Source: Auanema rhodensis (lineage: Eukaryota > Animalia > Nematoda). Taken from it: a stretch of 64,000 nt of DNA. The position numbers and the translations under genes were made by a program. Shown piece after piece: positions 10,450-25,554 of this stretch. The stretch is from contig OZ059897.1 of assembly GCA_964057225.1 (NCBI GenBank), forward strand, positions 7,998,001 through 8,062,000, in the 5' to 3' direction. Under the pieces are notes generated by a model. That model did no database searches, had not been told where the DNA came from, and worked only from the letters and a program-made list of their open reading frames with translations. How positions within the stretch are numbered: the stretch's first letter is position 1; the number at the start of each line of letters is the position of its first letter.

Positions 10450-12434
10450 GCGCTTATGATCAATCATTCAGCCATAGTTGCCTATGGTGATAATGATGAT
10501 CATGAACATATACTAATTGATTACTATTACTATTATTCTATATTCTTTCTATATATATTATATATAGTTTTTATTAAAATATTTGATGAAATTCTTTGAA
10601 AGCTTGTCATGCAGTTAGTAAGTTTGCGGCAAAATATTGTAATGTCTTCTAAAACAATTTTTTCTTATCAAGGCTAACTATTAACTATTAAAAATCTTTT
10701 AAAACCTTTATAAGCTTTACAAACTTGGAAAAATTATTAAATTAATAATTATAATAATTAAAATTATATAATTTAATTATATTCTTGTAGATAATTTGTA
10801 GATCAAATCCAAATTATGGCATTTTATTGATTCTAATATGTTATATGTCTTATCGATATTAACTTATTTGAAACCAAACTGTATATCATCGATTTTCTAT
10901 TATTTTTTTCTGGTAAATAACATAAAATATTATATGTAAACGTTTATTCTACATGCTATTCTTTATTATAATAATTACAAAATATGATTTATCTAGTTAC
11001 ACTCAAGTTTCTTGACATTTATCCTCAGGTTTTTGGATAAGTTTTGATGTTTAATTCAGTAGTTTTTACTTTATTATCTTTTGCTCAAGATAAGAAAACC
11101 CATTTTAATTGATGAATATTAGTTTAATATCTGAAATCTGACTTTGTTTTATCGCCTGTCGATATATTACATCTTTGATTTTGAGATTGAAATATGCTTT
11201 TTCTTTGGCCGGTCTTTGGTTGAAAATCTTTTTCTTTTTTTTTTTATTTAATTTCTTCTTTATCTAATAGCTTAAATGATAAAAATATTTCCCTATTATA
11301 ACTTCTATGGGTTTAATAATCAGCTATGATGATGATGATGTGGGGGGTTCGGATCGAAATAAAATTTCCGTGATCATGGGAAAACGACGACCACCAGCCG
11401 TTATCCCATCTCTAAATGGATTTTGTCTTTCTGTCGATTTCAACGATTTCAATAGAATAAAGTGTAATAAAGTGCCTGAATAAAGAGAAAAGAGTTGCTT
11501 AAGGGATGTGATGAACCGGGATTTGATATAGTAGCTGGTATAGCTGGATAACGAGAGTGATGATGGTTCAATACGGGCTAGCCAACTGATGGCGGTCACT
11601 TCAGATGATTTGTGGAGAGGGAGGCGTAGATGGGTTGGTGGTGTGGAAGGTGGTAGGTGAGTGGGGAGACGTGGGGTGTTTAGAAGGAAGATATGAATGT
11701 GTTCCGGTTATCTTTCTCTTTGATTCTCGTTGGCTTTCTCCTGTTCATTCCCTCTATGGAGATCAGCATTTTCTCCTTTTCCTTTTAATATATTATCAAA
11801 TGAGTCTTTTCTTTCAAGAAGTGCTGATGATTCTCAGTTGATCACCAACCTCTACATTTCTGTCATCATCTTAGGTCGCATTCCATTGTGTATTAAGGAA
11901 GAGAAGAAGACAGCTATGATGATCGTTATGACGTAGCTAACGACGTCTTCATCATCATCATCATTATGATTAACCACCTTATTTAGATAAAATATGGTAA
12001 TAGTATAAATAAAGTCATCTCTTATCGCATAATTCAACTTGCAACTCTATAATTAAAGTCAAACAAGGTATGATCAATGGCACCTGCCCAATCTCATCTG
12101 ACCTGTAGTAATGCAGACGATCTGCATTCATTTTTTCCTTTGACACATCTACCTCATCATCTTCACGCCTCAAATAAAAAAATCTTCTCTTCTACTTTGG
12201 AATAAATAATAACTTTGAAGCTTTAATGATCTAATCACTTGAGAACTGAGTAGTTTGTTTGAATTGTTTACACTTTTCCCTCATCATTCTGTTGAATACT
12301 ACTTGAGATTTTGTCAGAATTTTCCTTTGAGAAGCTTATGAAGTAAGCATTATTTAGTTCTGTTTTAGTTTCACCTCCCCGCAAATCCAGTATATCTCAC
12401 TACAACTTTTGTTTTTCAATAATATTCTCTCTAT

Positions 12435-12473
12435 CCCCCCCCCCCCCTCTCTCTCTCGCTCTCTCTCTCTCTC
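12435..12473. repeat. C13 homopolymer followed by (TC)n microsatellite
   Basis: Read directly from the sequence. Confidence 0.9.
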
Positions 12474-15400
12474 TTTATCTCGATATTTATCCAACTGTTT
12501 TTATATTATAAGAATTGAACTGACATTTCATACTTTTTCATTGCTGTTTTTTGACTAAGATGAACATCTTGTTCAGCCAATTTTTTGCGATCATAGTTCC
12601 ACACCTTAGCTATTTCACCAGACACTTCTCAAAATCTGTGTTCTCGGAGAGAAAAAAAAAACAGAAAAATGAGTCATCTCGATGGAAGCAGTTGATTTGA
12701 ATTGGTTGAAATCTCTATGATTTCTGCTGTCTTGTCGATCTTCTAATGTTTCATTGCCTAATTCTGTTCTACAAATTTGTTTGTAAAGTGCTTGCTCTCT
12801 GCATATAGTTAGTCTACCACACATATGAGCTATATCCGAGATTGATAGTTAGATTGTCTTGTTCTTCCTCTTCTTCTTCTTCTTCTTCAGCACACCATAT
12901 TGCTTTCATTGAATTCTCTTCTCTTTTTGATTATATATTTCCTTGCCCATGGTACAGCTGTGTGATTGTGTATTTTGTCATCTGAATCATCATCATCATC
13001 ATTTCATCTATTATTTCCTGTTCAATCCTATTCAGCTATTTTTGCTTTTCCTACATATTCAGCTCAAATCAGTTGATGTTTGAGTCTATTTCTTCCATAT
13101 AAGAGACCTAATCAATATGTACTGTATGAAGAACTCTCATTAGATTTTTATCTTTTTCTATCACATTTTTCTCGAATGATATGATATATTTGCCTATATA
13201 TTACATGTTTCTATTTAATTATATGTGAATAGCTTCTAAAATCTTTTATTTTTATAATTTTTCCAGCTTAACTAAGCATTTTTAAAACTAGTTCATACTA
13301 TTTTCGCACCACATCATCCTTATGCAATCTATTACTTTTGAGTTCAAACTAGTTATATTCTCGATTATATATATATTTATATGAGTATTTTATAGTTAAT
13401 TGTTATAATATCTATCTATACATATATCCGTTTTCTAACTTTTCCAACTAATTCTCTAATATTTTTTCATTCATCTCCATACTTATTTCCGATTACTCAT
13501 GACATCATCCATACTTTAAAACTCTTATAATGCTGGTTTTCCTGTGAACTCTTTTCAACAAGAATTTTCGTTTTTTACTGTTTGAGCTAACCATCATCCT
13601 CTTCTCTTTCCCTCCCTTCCTTCTTCTCTCCCTTTTTCTTTTTCACTGCTAATGAGTAAAAGAAGTTGAGATGTTTTTGCCATGACTTATGAAGCCAGAT
13701 GTCTCTTCCTTACTGACCTTTTTCGACCGATATAATCCTGACCTTGTTCGAACGATAACATCAATTCACATCAGTATTATTTTAAACTTTTAAAATTTAT
13801 TTCTATTTTATAGTGCTCCAAAACTTCAGAAAGAACAGGAAGATTTCATGTATTTAATAAGCTAATTCCGTATTAACTATGAGTTTAACGATTTTTCAAA
13901 TATTCTTGTGGCCGTGCACTACTTGTTATGTAATCTCTTGCTTCCTCCTTCCCTCTTTTAACATTCGTTTTAACTTTTTTTTTCCCAATTTTAATTTTAA
14001 TTTCAATATAATTATTTCAAGAAATGTTCATTGTTCTTCAATATTCGTTTGTTTCCTGTTTCTCTTATCGAAACTTGGCCTTGTCATAATTATTTCATAT
14101 CCATCCCATAACATGATGGAGGTTTCATCGTCATTGTTGTTTCTTTTGAAAGCTTTTACTTTGAATTTACGAAAATTTACGAAAAATCATAAAAAAGTTC
14201 CGAAGTTTAAATTTTTTTTCAAAGCTTATATTCTTCTAAGGAATATTGATGCTCTAAACTAATCATGAAACTCCTTACACTATGGCTTCAAGTTTCAAGT
14301 TTCAAATTGGAATAGCAAGCGATAGTATGACTTACACTTGAATGAATTAGTTTCTGACACAGTAGATAGGAAGGAAATACTGATTATCTTAATGATGACA
14401 TGAAGATGAAAAAGAAAAAGGATGATAATATAGTCATATGAGATGATGATCCTTACACACCGACTGAAGGCATACCTCTCCCTCCTCTCTCTCTCTCTCA
14501 ACATCATTCTTCTATTCTCACTACTTTTCCTCTCAGCCTTCGTCTACTACTCGTTTCTTCCCTCTTTTCCATTTTCACTATTTCCTTGAGTATTTCTCTT
14601 TTTGTATATGATTGTCTCTTCTTCTATCTCAATCATCTTTCGTCCCGAGACGATACCGAGAGCCAGCTATCCACTAATCCCGTTAGCCGGACGTCGGTTC
14701 CCGCATTAGATTTGTGTGTTGTGTTGTTCCTTTCATCAGCTAGCCCCGCCGGTTTCCACATTCTACCTAAGGCCCTAATGGCTAATAGTTCTGACTGCAT
14801 TCGGAATTCCATCCTACTATTGTCTTTTGATAGAATATAGTTAGACATATACATGTCTGTATATATGTATAGTATTGCTCATTTTTGATTCTTACTTTGT
14901 CTTTTTTTTCTCTCTCTCTCTTCCCTCTCTCTCCATATTCACGTAACTGCAGCTTAAGCTTCAAGCGGTTTATCAATTGCTTCACTGTTTTAAGGAAAAA
15001 CGCTGCAATCAAAGCATATTCCTCATTATTGGGTGTTCTACTCTTCTCAAAAGATTTTTATGGGGTCAAGCATGATGTCTATTGAAACTCATGATATCAG
15101 TTACATCTAGCTCTGATAATAATGAGAATGTCTTTGTTCATATATATATATATATATACATATATAGTTTATATATATATAACTTAGTTCTCAGATATTA
15201 AAAAGAGATCATTTCACTGTTATATAGCCAATATAAAGGTTAATGTATTGAATTCATCTACTATGTTTAGCTAGTCCTTGAGATTATGTACTGATGACGA
15301 TGAAACTAATGATTTTTTGTTTTTCACCTTCACTTTTCACATCTTTTTTTGTTGTTTTCCGGCTAATGTTTCTCCTTCTTTTGTGTGCGTGTTTCTACGT

Positions 15401-17480
15401 GTTTTCAATTTCAACAGTATGATTATGTCAATTTTAAGCTATTCGTGCTTTTTTCAATTCGACACATTTGCTTATTTTCACCATTTAATACATTTTTTTT
15501 CTTGTTTGAGTGGGCTCAATCACTCGTAAGCTCTGTATGTTGTCAATTTTTTTGGTCTAAACATCATGTTGTTGCTGCTCCCCCCTTTTCTCCTCTTTTT
15601 CTTCTTCATCTTTTCTAACCCTCTGACTTCCAGCTGCGGCTCTTTCCGTTAGTTGGAAGGTAACGTTGATGTTTGTGACTTTCATTTGATTTGATGAACG
15701 ACTACAAATTGTACTTTTCCTGAACGGAAACTTGTACATAAGTTTTGACTGAAGAAGACAGTCGGATCTTTATTGTTTCACCTGCTACTAGACAGTCTGA
15801 TTAATGTGTCGCCAGCAATCCACGAACACACTTTTCTCAATTTCTTTTAATTTCATTGCTCTTTCTATCTGTCTTACGCAGTCTCCCTTCCGCCTTCTCT
15901 TTCTCTCTCTCCCTTTCTCTCTATCTTTCTTCAGTTGGTTCTTCTTACGTGATATGTATTTCAAATTAGTTTTTACATACGGCAAACCTCTAATGAAGTT
16001 CAAACCGTGTCAACAATGAACCGACATAGAGATGAATCAATTGAAACTAATTCCTGTCACCTTAGTTGCTAACTGTCAATGTTGCATCGTAGATTTAGTC
16101 AGTAACAGATTGACAAATGATTTCTGTACCTAACAATTTCTTTGTGAATGAGCACGAATGAAATTTGAATAACAAAGAGAGAGAGGGAGAGAGAGAGAGA
16201 GAGGGGAGGAGGGGAAAGAGAGAGAGAACATTATAGAGAGAATGAAACAAATATAACTTATAGTTATTCATGAAATATAAAGACTTTGTATCAATATCAT
16301 ACAATTCATACTAATTTGTTTAATCAGCTTATCGTTAATGAATTGAAATGAAAAAAAAGGAAAAGTTGCTGGACACTAGAAATGGACTGGACCAATATCT
16401 ATTCCTCAGTCATCTGATTTGTTCAATTTTTAAAAATTTTCTGCTCAAATACATCTGAGCTGCAGATATAGATGTGGTTTGACTAATATGATCAACTATG
16501 CTCTATTTGTATACTCCCCCCTCACATTTTATGTCAAGTTTCAGCTTGAAAAACTTTTTTTAAACTTGCGTATCCTGCTTGAAGCAAAATAAACTTTCTT
16601 TTTCATTTTTTAGTTATGAGACATGGGCTATCCATCAAATGCTGTCAATGGACTAGACTGATTTTGTCGTTTCTTTATTGTTTTCTCCTCACTTTCTTCT
16701 TTTTAACTTTGAAAATAAAAAAGACAATCAGGATGTCCATACCATCATCTGTGTTAAAGTGTGGAGAAACTTGAAGTGATGATTGGTTAAAGCTCATTAA
16801 ACTGGCATTTAATATATCATATTTCTTCTTATTATCTGTCCGAATGTAGGAGTAACATCTGCCTGGTAGGAAGAAGCTCAATCTCCATCTCTTGCTCATC
16901 TATCTATCTATCGCTTTCCCGTCTCTCTCTCTCCCTTTATCTCCTGGTCTCTTTGGCTCTATTCTTCTCTGCCACAAAGCACACTGCTATGATTAAGCTG
17001 ATCTAGATCTTGCTTCAGTTCTCTTTTCTTATTTTTTGAAAATTTCTCTTTTCCTATCACTTAATTCTCACCAACTCTAGGCTATCACTAACAATTTTGC
17101 TTTGCATTTGTATTTTTCTCACATCTGCTCTGCTTTGTCAATGATACTTTTTCTTATTAGCATCAGTTACTTCACACCTGACAAGCTTGTATTTGCAAAA
17201 CTTCTTCTGTGTTTTTTCCGCCGAGTGTTCGCGAGCCGTAGCTATTTCCGGACACAATTTCTTGTGAAGCAGCTCGTGCCCTTCTTTCTTCAATTCGATT
17301 GTTTTCTTTTAAATCAGCAGCTTGTTCTGGTGAAGTAAACAGATGTTATTTGTTACTTTTCATGAATTCGGATTAGTTGTTGAGATTGATAGTACGTCTA
17401 CTGTATTCTGAATGTAATTTTCTTTGTCTGGCTTAATTTTTATTTGTTTCTTTCTATATATATATATTTCTCTCTTTCTT

Positions 17481-17484
<4 letters not shown>

Positions 17485-17525
<41 letters not shown>
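17485..17525. repeat. (TC)n microsatellite, about 20 units
   Basis: Read directly. Related CT/GA tracts occur near 14480, 16180, 18580, 19010, 22890 and 25510. Confidence 0.95.
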
Positions 17526-17531
<6 letters not shown>

Positions 17532-20500
17532 TTCTGCACATAAAGCACTTTATTTCACATCTTTTCATCTTATTTCAATGATTTTTCAACAGCCGGCTCA
17601 CAAAAGCTCATCAATTTTTTCGAATGTGTCAAATATTGTTTTCTTATCACCTTGTTCCTTTCAAATTAAATTACTTTTCAATATTTGGCTGTTCATTAAT
17701 CAATTGCTATATACATATATGTAATTCTAATTCATCCTTTCTTAATAGATTTTTAATGTTAAATCCTTATTTGGACTAAGTTCACAATCTCTTTCAAGAC
17801 TGATCAATCCAGATGATGGATGGACGGCAGTCTGGCTGAGACAAGTTTGCTCAGTTTCAGATTTCTTCTCTAAATTCGACATGAATGTTCATCCTACCTA
17901 ACTATTCTTATTACATTCTGAAGTTTGCAAGTCGTTTTTCATGAAATCTCTAGGTTTTGACTTTATTTTTCTACGATATGTGTGTAGTATTGGAGATCTA
18001 TGTTCACGAATATGTTATAAAAGAACATCCAAATTTGGAATTTCTTTGTTTATCAAATTTTCTAAAGCTTTCATGTTATCAAATTTGAAGTTATAATACA
18101 TAGGACACAGCCTTCCCTTTAGATTTGCAATGGTTGGAAGCTTTTTTATAGTTCAAAATTCTGTTTTTATATTTTGAATTTCATATTCATAAAGGAAACA
18201 AAGATCGAAGCACTCCTTTTTCTGACTATTTCTCTTTCTCTACCTCCCTTTATCCTTTTCTCTTGCTTCTGTATCCCCCCCCCCTCCCCAACTCTCTATG
18301 TGCAGTCCACTTCATGAGCAGCTGAGTTTATAGCAATGCATTTCAAATGCATTTGTATTACTAGATAATTTCAATTTCTATTTTATGATTAGATTCTTGA
18401 TTAGACAAGCAATGTTTGACATATTTATGAGATAAACTGCTGTGTGTGTGTTTCAACTTGACAACAATCGTCTAAAAGCCATTGTCAGTGATATTGTGCT
18501 TGTCGAACTTTCAGTTTATATAACTCTTATTTCCAACTATATTATGGGCTAAAAGAGTTTTTTCTCTCCCTTTGTGAGTCTCTCTCTCTCTATCTCTCTC
18601 TCTCTCTCTCTTTGTCTTCCATATTTCCATACTTATACTTTGTATCGTCTCTTCAGAAAAGTAATTCTGTTGTATACAGCAGTTTTTCTTGTCCAGTTTT
18701 CTCGAACACAATCAGCAATGTCAGCTGTTGTCCTTTATTTTTTTTCGCAATTCTATATAGTTTTAATTAAATATATTATTATTGTTATTTAAACTTTCTT
18801 TTTTCTACAAATATCTATATATAGATATTTATATATACGCATATTTTATATTGTATATAACATATAATATTCTAGAAATCTCACTCATAATTCATGTAAA
18901 TTCATGCTTCATGTGTTCTAAAAGCTCATCGAGATTCAGCATGTTGTGCAGTTATATTATCATAGTTAATGTCTACGTCAGAAAATCTTTGAAAGACAAA
19001 GAGGGAGGGAGAGAGAGAGAGAGAGAGAATGTAGTAATCTCACTTTCATATTCCAACCAGATAGACATGAATGTAGATGTATACATACCTTATAAGTAAG
19101 AAATATATTTAATCCAAGAAAAGATGAGAAAACACATCCCTAAGTCAGTCTTTTCTACCTCTTTTCTACTTTTTTTCTCAACTTTTTCCAGCAAAAAACC
19201 ATCGTTTTTCAACACAAATTTTATATTTGAATTATTTTTATTCTCCAAGCGTTCAACTTTCAACTTTTTTTGTTATGTTTTTCATTTTATTGAGCGTCTT
19301 CTTCAGAATGTTTCTAATCCGTTTAGAAATTTGTCTTGTATCATATGTTCTAATAGAATATCTGTGCGTATATGTATACCTACATACATCCATAATATGT
19401 AAAATTATGTTTCAAAAGCTATTTGATGATAATTTCTTAATATGTCATTCTCTTCCAACCTAAGTTTTAAAAGTTCAACCTGATTTTTGAGTAGAAATGT
19501 TTATGTTTATGTGAGAAGAAACGAGAATTGAATGTAATTGAAACTACAGTATATGCATTAATGCTATATATTTCATTATTTTCCTTAATTTCTTGGGTAT
19601 ATATCAATGAATCAGCTAATTACATCTCATCTAATTCTTCTCTTTTCGTCTTCTCAGTTTTGGAATTTTCATTATTCTGATAAATTTTGATTGAAATTGC
19701 TGTGGCTGGCGACCCAAAGTCAAAAAAGCGTTCGAATTTAGAAGTTTCCATGTGTGTAATCGCTTTATCAGTTGATTTGATTTCCATAGCCATTGAACTG
19801 ATGTTGAATTCCATTTCTCATGCATTCATTCTTTCGATATGACATACCAAACCTGCTGACATGATTTTCATGCTGCTTACCATCACGCAGGTTGAAATCA
19901 ATTCCAATAAAGTCACTAATTAGTGTTGTCATTTCATTCTATTCATGGCAAATTTCAATAAAAATGCTAAAATCCAAGCTATTTATGACATAATGGTGTT
20001 TATTCCTGCTTTCAGATCGTAATCATGCCAGCTACATACATACATATGTGTAGATGAAACATGCATGTGTCTGTCTTGATTGCAAATCTGATGACCCTCC
20101 TGAGTGGGCGCTAGTTAGCTAGCTAGTCCTTAGCCCTCACGTTATAGGCTTGAACCCCATCCCCTCTTAATAGGTACTTTTAATTCTGTAACTAATTAAG
20201 TAACTTTTAAAAAATAATATTTATAATATAAGTACGTTCTTAACAAATTCTTAAATATTATTCGGACATAATAGTTGTTTTTTACAAAATTTTAAAAGTA
20301 CTAATACGTTATGTAAATAATGAAGTCAACTAGAACTCATCCTAATGTAGTTATGAGTGTTTTTCTCTCAGCAGGATACCTATAAACTATATCTTCGTAT
20401 TGTAATTTAGTAACTATATATATATATATATATATATTAATTTATTTTTAATATTAGTTAATATTAGAAAGAAAAGAATGAACACTCTATTGTCATTGAA

Positions 20501-21337
20501 TAAACCAGAAGAATAGAAAGAATTTGATGAAATTAGCTGTTGTTTCATGTTCTACAATCATTTTTAAATATTTTTTTTATATTTTTGAATATAAAATTGA
20601 AGAAAGCTTCTTTTATTTATTTGTGTTTGAGGAAAAAACACTATTTTTTCATTTATTTTTCTCTTCAAAATGCCAAATAATGAGAAATGATGTTAAGAAT
20701 ATTGTAAAGAAATGTGTGTGTGTGTGTGGCAGTCTCTTTTCAAAACTCTCACAATCATCCAATGATCTTTGAAACTTAAATAATATTTAATTAGTATATC
20801 TATATGTATAATCATTTTCATTTATGAAAGTTTTTTTTTACTTTTTTTTTCAATTTTCTACACATTCGTCAGCATTTAACCAACTAGTTCATGCCACATA
20901 TGGATTTGCTCTTTGTATATTCCAGCTCAATGCTGTTCCTCAAAATGCAACAGTTGAATATTAAAAAATTCTACTGCTGCGAACGAATTTCCATTACAAA
21001 TCCTCCAGAGATTTGAATTGGAATTATGAATATGTGAGAAAATAAATCCAATTTCAGTCCGGATTTGATGAAAAAAAATGTTTTTTTTTGTCTCTGTGCT
21101 TGCTATTTGATAGATTTTCTAACTTAATCCAACTTTCTCTCTCTCTATCTCTGACGATAACTAACTTCTTATTCTTTTTATTCTCATTCTTCCTTCTTTT
21201 TTTTAATTTTTTTTCAAACTTTGTTAGTATAAACTATCATCATTACTCTTTTTCTTATTTATTCTTATGAGAATGTCGGAAATTTTGATGAAAAAGGTTA
21301 CTGACTGAACTGTTTTTTCCTCCAATTTCATGGATTC

Positions 21338-21379
21338 ACATACACTTACACACGCACACACACACACATACACACACAC
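21338..21379. repeat. Imperfect (CA)n microsatellite
   Basis: Read directly from the sequence. Confidence 0.85.
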
Positions 21380-24281
21380 TCCTCTACTCAGTTATGTATA
21401 ACTATAAGTAGAAGATATATAACTCTTTCCATCTTCTATTTTGACATTTGAAAATTCAAAATAATAATTCTAATCTTCTATAAAAGAGTGAAAAAGAAGA
21501 AAATATTTTAGTTTTTTCAACTTATAGCAAGTGTTATTCAAATAATAATGCTGCTAAACTAACACATGCATATACATATGTGTATGTATGTGTATCTTTA
21601 TATATTCTTCTTATTGGATACAATAACAAGAGAAAGCCGCTCTTTCTATCTAACTGTAAGAAAACAAGAGCAAGTGGATTGAGTTTATTGCGTCAGATAC
21701 ATCATGTCCCTACATGGCTATCCATGACTTCACTGATCCGTTCCGTCAACAAATTCACCAACAAGCACACTTTCGGCATTTATTTCAAGATTGTGTGTTG
21801 AAAGTCATCACGTCATACCACTTAGATGTTATACAAATGTATCTAATAATCAAATAAATGATCTAATGAATAACATAAGAGAGATACAATATTATTTGAA
21901 TGAATAACAGTATAAACTCTATATATATACTATATATAGCTAGTTAGTTGCTCATTCCAACTTGTTCCAACTTTATGTTGAAACAATGCTCTTGTAGTGA
22001 CTCTTCTTCAACTGAAACTGGATTAACCGACCTACGTGTTAGCTGCAAGCAAGATAACTAACTTCAAACAGTTGTTGCCGCAAATATGCTTAGCATGCGT
22101 AAGATTAGCTCATCAATCGCATTGTCATTCCAATATCAGACTATGGCCAAGCTAGTCTGCAGTCTGAGCTCGAGACTGTTTTGACATATTGCCTGTCAAT
22201 TCTATGGCTAAATCTCTTGCTAATTTATGATTTTTTGGGTCTAAATCTTTATTAGTGTATGGTCAAAGTGCAACCGCTGAAATATAATAAAAAAAATTTA
22301 TCTTTATTTGGGTCTAAAGCCTTTATAATCTGCGTTAGAATAGACGACCTACCTGTTAGATATTTTGCAGTCTTGAACAATAGAACCATTAAAAGATTTT
22401 CTTTTACAATGTCTAGAGCACAACTTATATAATAAATGATTAAATATATTCTTTTTACTTTAATTTTCTTGTAAAAAGTGTCTCAAATCTCTTAAATGAA
22501 CAAGGAAATATGGATAATAACTATACAAAACTTATTATAATATTAGATATGCACATATAGGATATAGTTAAATGTGGTTGATGTTACATATAATATATAG
22601 ATTAGCTTCAGTTAGTATATTTTCAATTTCCGTATTAAAAGCTTTAAAGCTTTCACATCCGGCTGGTGGCATCAGAATACAATTCTCTATCGAAGCTGTC
22701 ACCTTCAATGCTATCCAGATGACAATCTTTCACGATTCGTGCTAACAGTAATTGAGGCAATGGTCATGCATTGTTGCTGCTCAATGCCGTTTTAAGCTGC
22801 TTAATCATCGACAATCCTAATTAGGCTGGAAGCAAGCTGATTTAGATCAGATCTGTTGCCTTATACAATCCAGCTTTCAATTCTCTTTCTCTCTCTCTCT
22901 CTCTTCATGTGATTCATGCAGTCCTATACTATCTCGTTCAGTTAGTCTAGCTTGCACTTGCCCATTAGCCATCTGAATGCAGGAGGAAATGTGACCATAA
23001 TCACTTGGTTATACATCTACATAGCATATCAGATGATGCCTCTAGCTAGATCCGGTTTTCCGGAACGGAATGGAGCTGATTTCGATGCGCTATCTGTGGA
23101 TTAAGCCACTAGTTCACTAGATCTTATCTTTCTGAATTATCTCTCACTTCATCCTCATGGGCATGTTCAATTAGTCTGAATATAGTAGAACAATCCTGTA
23201 GGGCATTCCATGTGACAATCCGAATAGATTAGCCTAGCAGCAAATTTGTCTTTAAATATTCGAATCGTTTTTCAATTTCGTTATCTCATTTTCAAATTTC
23301 TTTGTTGTTTTTCAAAAAGATTCCATGAAATATATTAGAAAGTTGTCTTTTACATGAACTTTATTATAACTTTACGCCTATTATCTATCAATATATGAGC
23401 CTATTCTTTAACTTTTACATATAAAGTGTTCATTTTATTAGTTGTAAAAGTACTTTTATATACCATATATCTGGCCTAAACTATGTGGTTATAACCAAAA
23501 GCTATATTTGTAGAACATTTGTCTTTAATAGCCGCCCCTCCCCTCCTATTGCTGCAATAACTATGAACACCTTGGATTTATCACTAATTGATTAACTATA
23601 TCACTGTATTAACAGTATAGTTAACGGTATATACACATACATATCAGTCAGTATATACTTAACTAGTTCGTCTTACCATTTCAACGCATTCTCTCCCTTA
23701 TCTAACCGTGTTAAGTATTTTTCACATTTCACTCTCTTCTCCTTCTTCTTCTTCTTCTTCTATTTTTGTTTTGGGTTTTCATTAACCGTCATTTGTTTTT
23801 TATACATACAATCATCATCATCAACATCAACATCATCATCAGCCTTCAGAAATTGCCTTTCAAATCATCATGTTTCATTGACTTCCCCCCACCAATAACA
23901 CCTGCTTCAACAGATATTCGTTTTTTATCACAAATTCAAATATATTTTTGCGATAATTAAGTATTTTAAGAACTATTATATGTATAAATGGATGTATCAT
24001 CATATATATTGTTGCCAAATTTTGCAAATTTTCATTGAAATCATCAGATATTTGACAGTCGTTTCATCATGTCCGCCTTCTAGTCAATGACAGTCTCAAT
24101 GTTGCTTTTTCACCTGATGACTTTCTTTTTTTCTTTTTTTCTTTCTATATTTGGTTATTTTTCAAATTTTTTATATCATTTATAGTATATATAATGTATA
24201 AATAGTTTATTAAAGTTATTTTTAAATATTTATTGAAGTATATATTCTTAAAAAAATCTTAATAATTTCCTCATATTTCAG

Positions 24282-25505
24282 ATGTATTCCAAACTTGTCT
24301 CAACTCTTTTGGGACGACCGAAAAATAAATCTGACAAGTCAATAGATGATAAAAAGGTTTTGTTTAACTCTTTTTCTTTCTTTTTTTTCAATTTTATTTG
24401 AAATTCTACACGAAAATTAACGTTGTTCGCAACTTTTAATATGACCAATCTTCAATGAATGGAGGTGGAATCATGTATCAAATTGACAGATGAGACACGA
24501 CTACCTCTTTCTGGTCATGATTTATATCGAAGTTTGTGACAAAAAATTTGTCTGCAACAAGCAGATGATGTTAAAAGACTATCAGAATGTTATAAATCTT
24601 TATTTCAATATAATTACTATACATATAGTAAGCTACAATATGATATAGTTAATACATAACTTATGCCATTCGAATCCGTATATGTTCATGCGTATTGTTA
24701 TTTACTCATATCTGTTTCAGTCTTCTTCCGATCTAATCAATTGCTCACAATGGTCAGATGAGTGCCAGCCGGCTAATCAACCTACTCATCATCTTACTGG
24801 CTCTACCAGCTCTACACATATGTCATCCGCCTCGTCCTCATCTTCATCTTCTGCCTCAGCTGACTCCGCCCACAGGAGGTGTTGTCACTGCGGAGCTGAG
24901 GGGGGCGTGTCCGGTATAGGAGGAACTACAAGCAATACACGGATCAGTACGTATAGTACAGGCACAAGCACTAGCAGCTCAAGTCCTCAACCACATATAC
25001 TTGGTGGAGGAATCGGGTCTTCTACAGCTAATTTGCAAAATCAATCTTCTATCTTCGAATCATCATCATCGTCATCATCTGACGCACTAACATCAAATCC
25101 ATCTAATAGCATTCCGTCTTCCATTTTTCGCCATCTGAATCCAGTAGCTGTAACAGTTGCCGGTAGTCAGAACGAAATCATGGGACCTTATCACAAAGAA
25201 TATTTGATCAAATGGAACGTTAAGGTGAGTCTCTTTTTCAAATTTCAAGCTTCATTCTTCACTTGAGCCTTGCATCATCAAAACGATCTGAATTCTTTTC
25301 AATGCTAATGCTAGTGTATTTTCATGATTTTCAATCGTATTTCACATTTGAAACCATTCAAATTGCTATTTTATAACTCATTTTTGAATCTTGTCCTTCA
25401 ATTTGTCTAGCTCCTTTTTCTTTATATTCTCGGCTTCCGACCAAATACATCCTGCATTACTAATCATAATGTCTGTGTGTAATGATCGGTAGCCGCTCCC
25501 TCTAT

Positions 25506-25554
<49 letters not shown>

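Noticed and set aside
15291-15307. CTGATGACGATGAAAC, resembling a minimal hammerhead core
   Set aside because: No stem II closing pair and no credible stems I or III.
17788-17841. Imperfect hairpin, possible pre-miRNA
   Set aside because: Too many mismatches and no match to a conserved mature miRNA I recall.
11324-23960. Many 60-127 aa ORFs rich in F/L/S or R/E
   Set aside because: They are translations of CT/GA microsatellites and T-rich DNA, with no consistent splice structure or motif.
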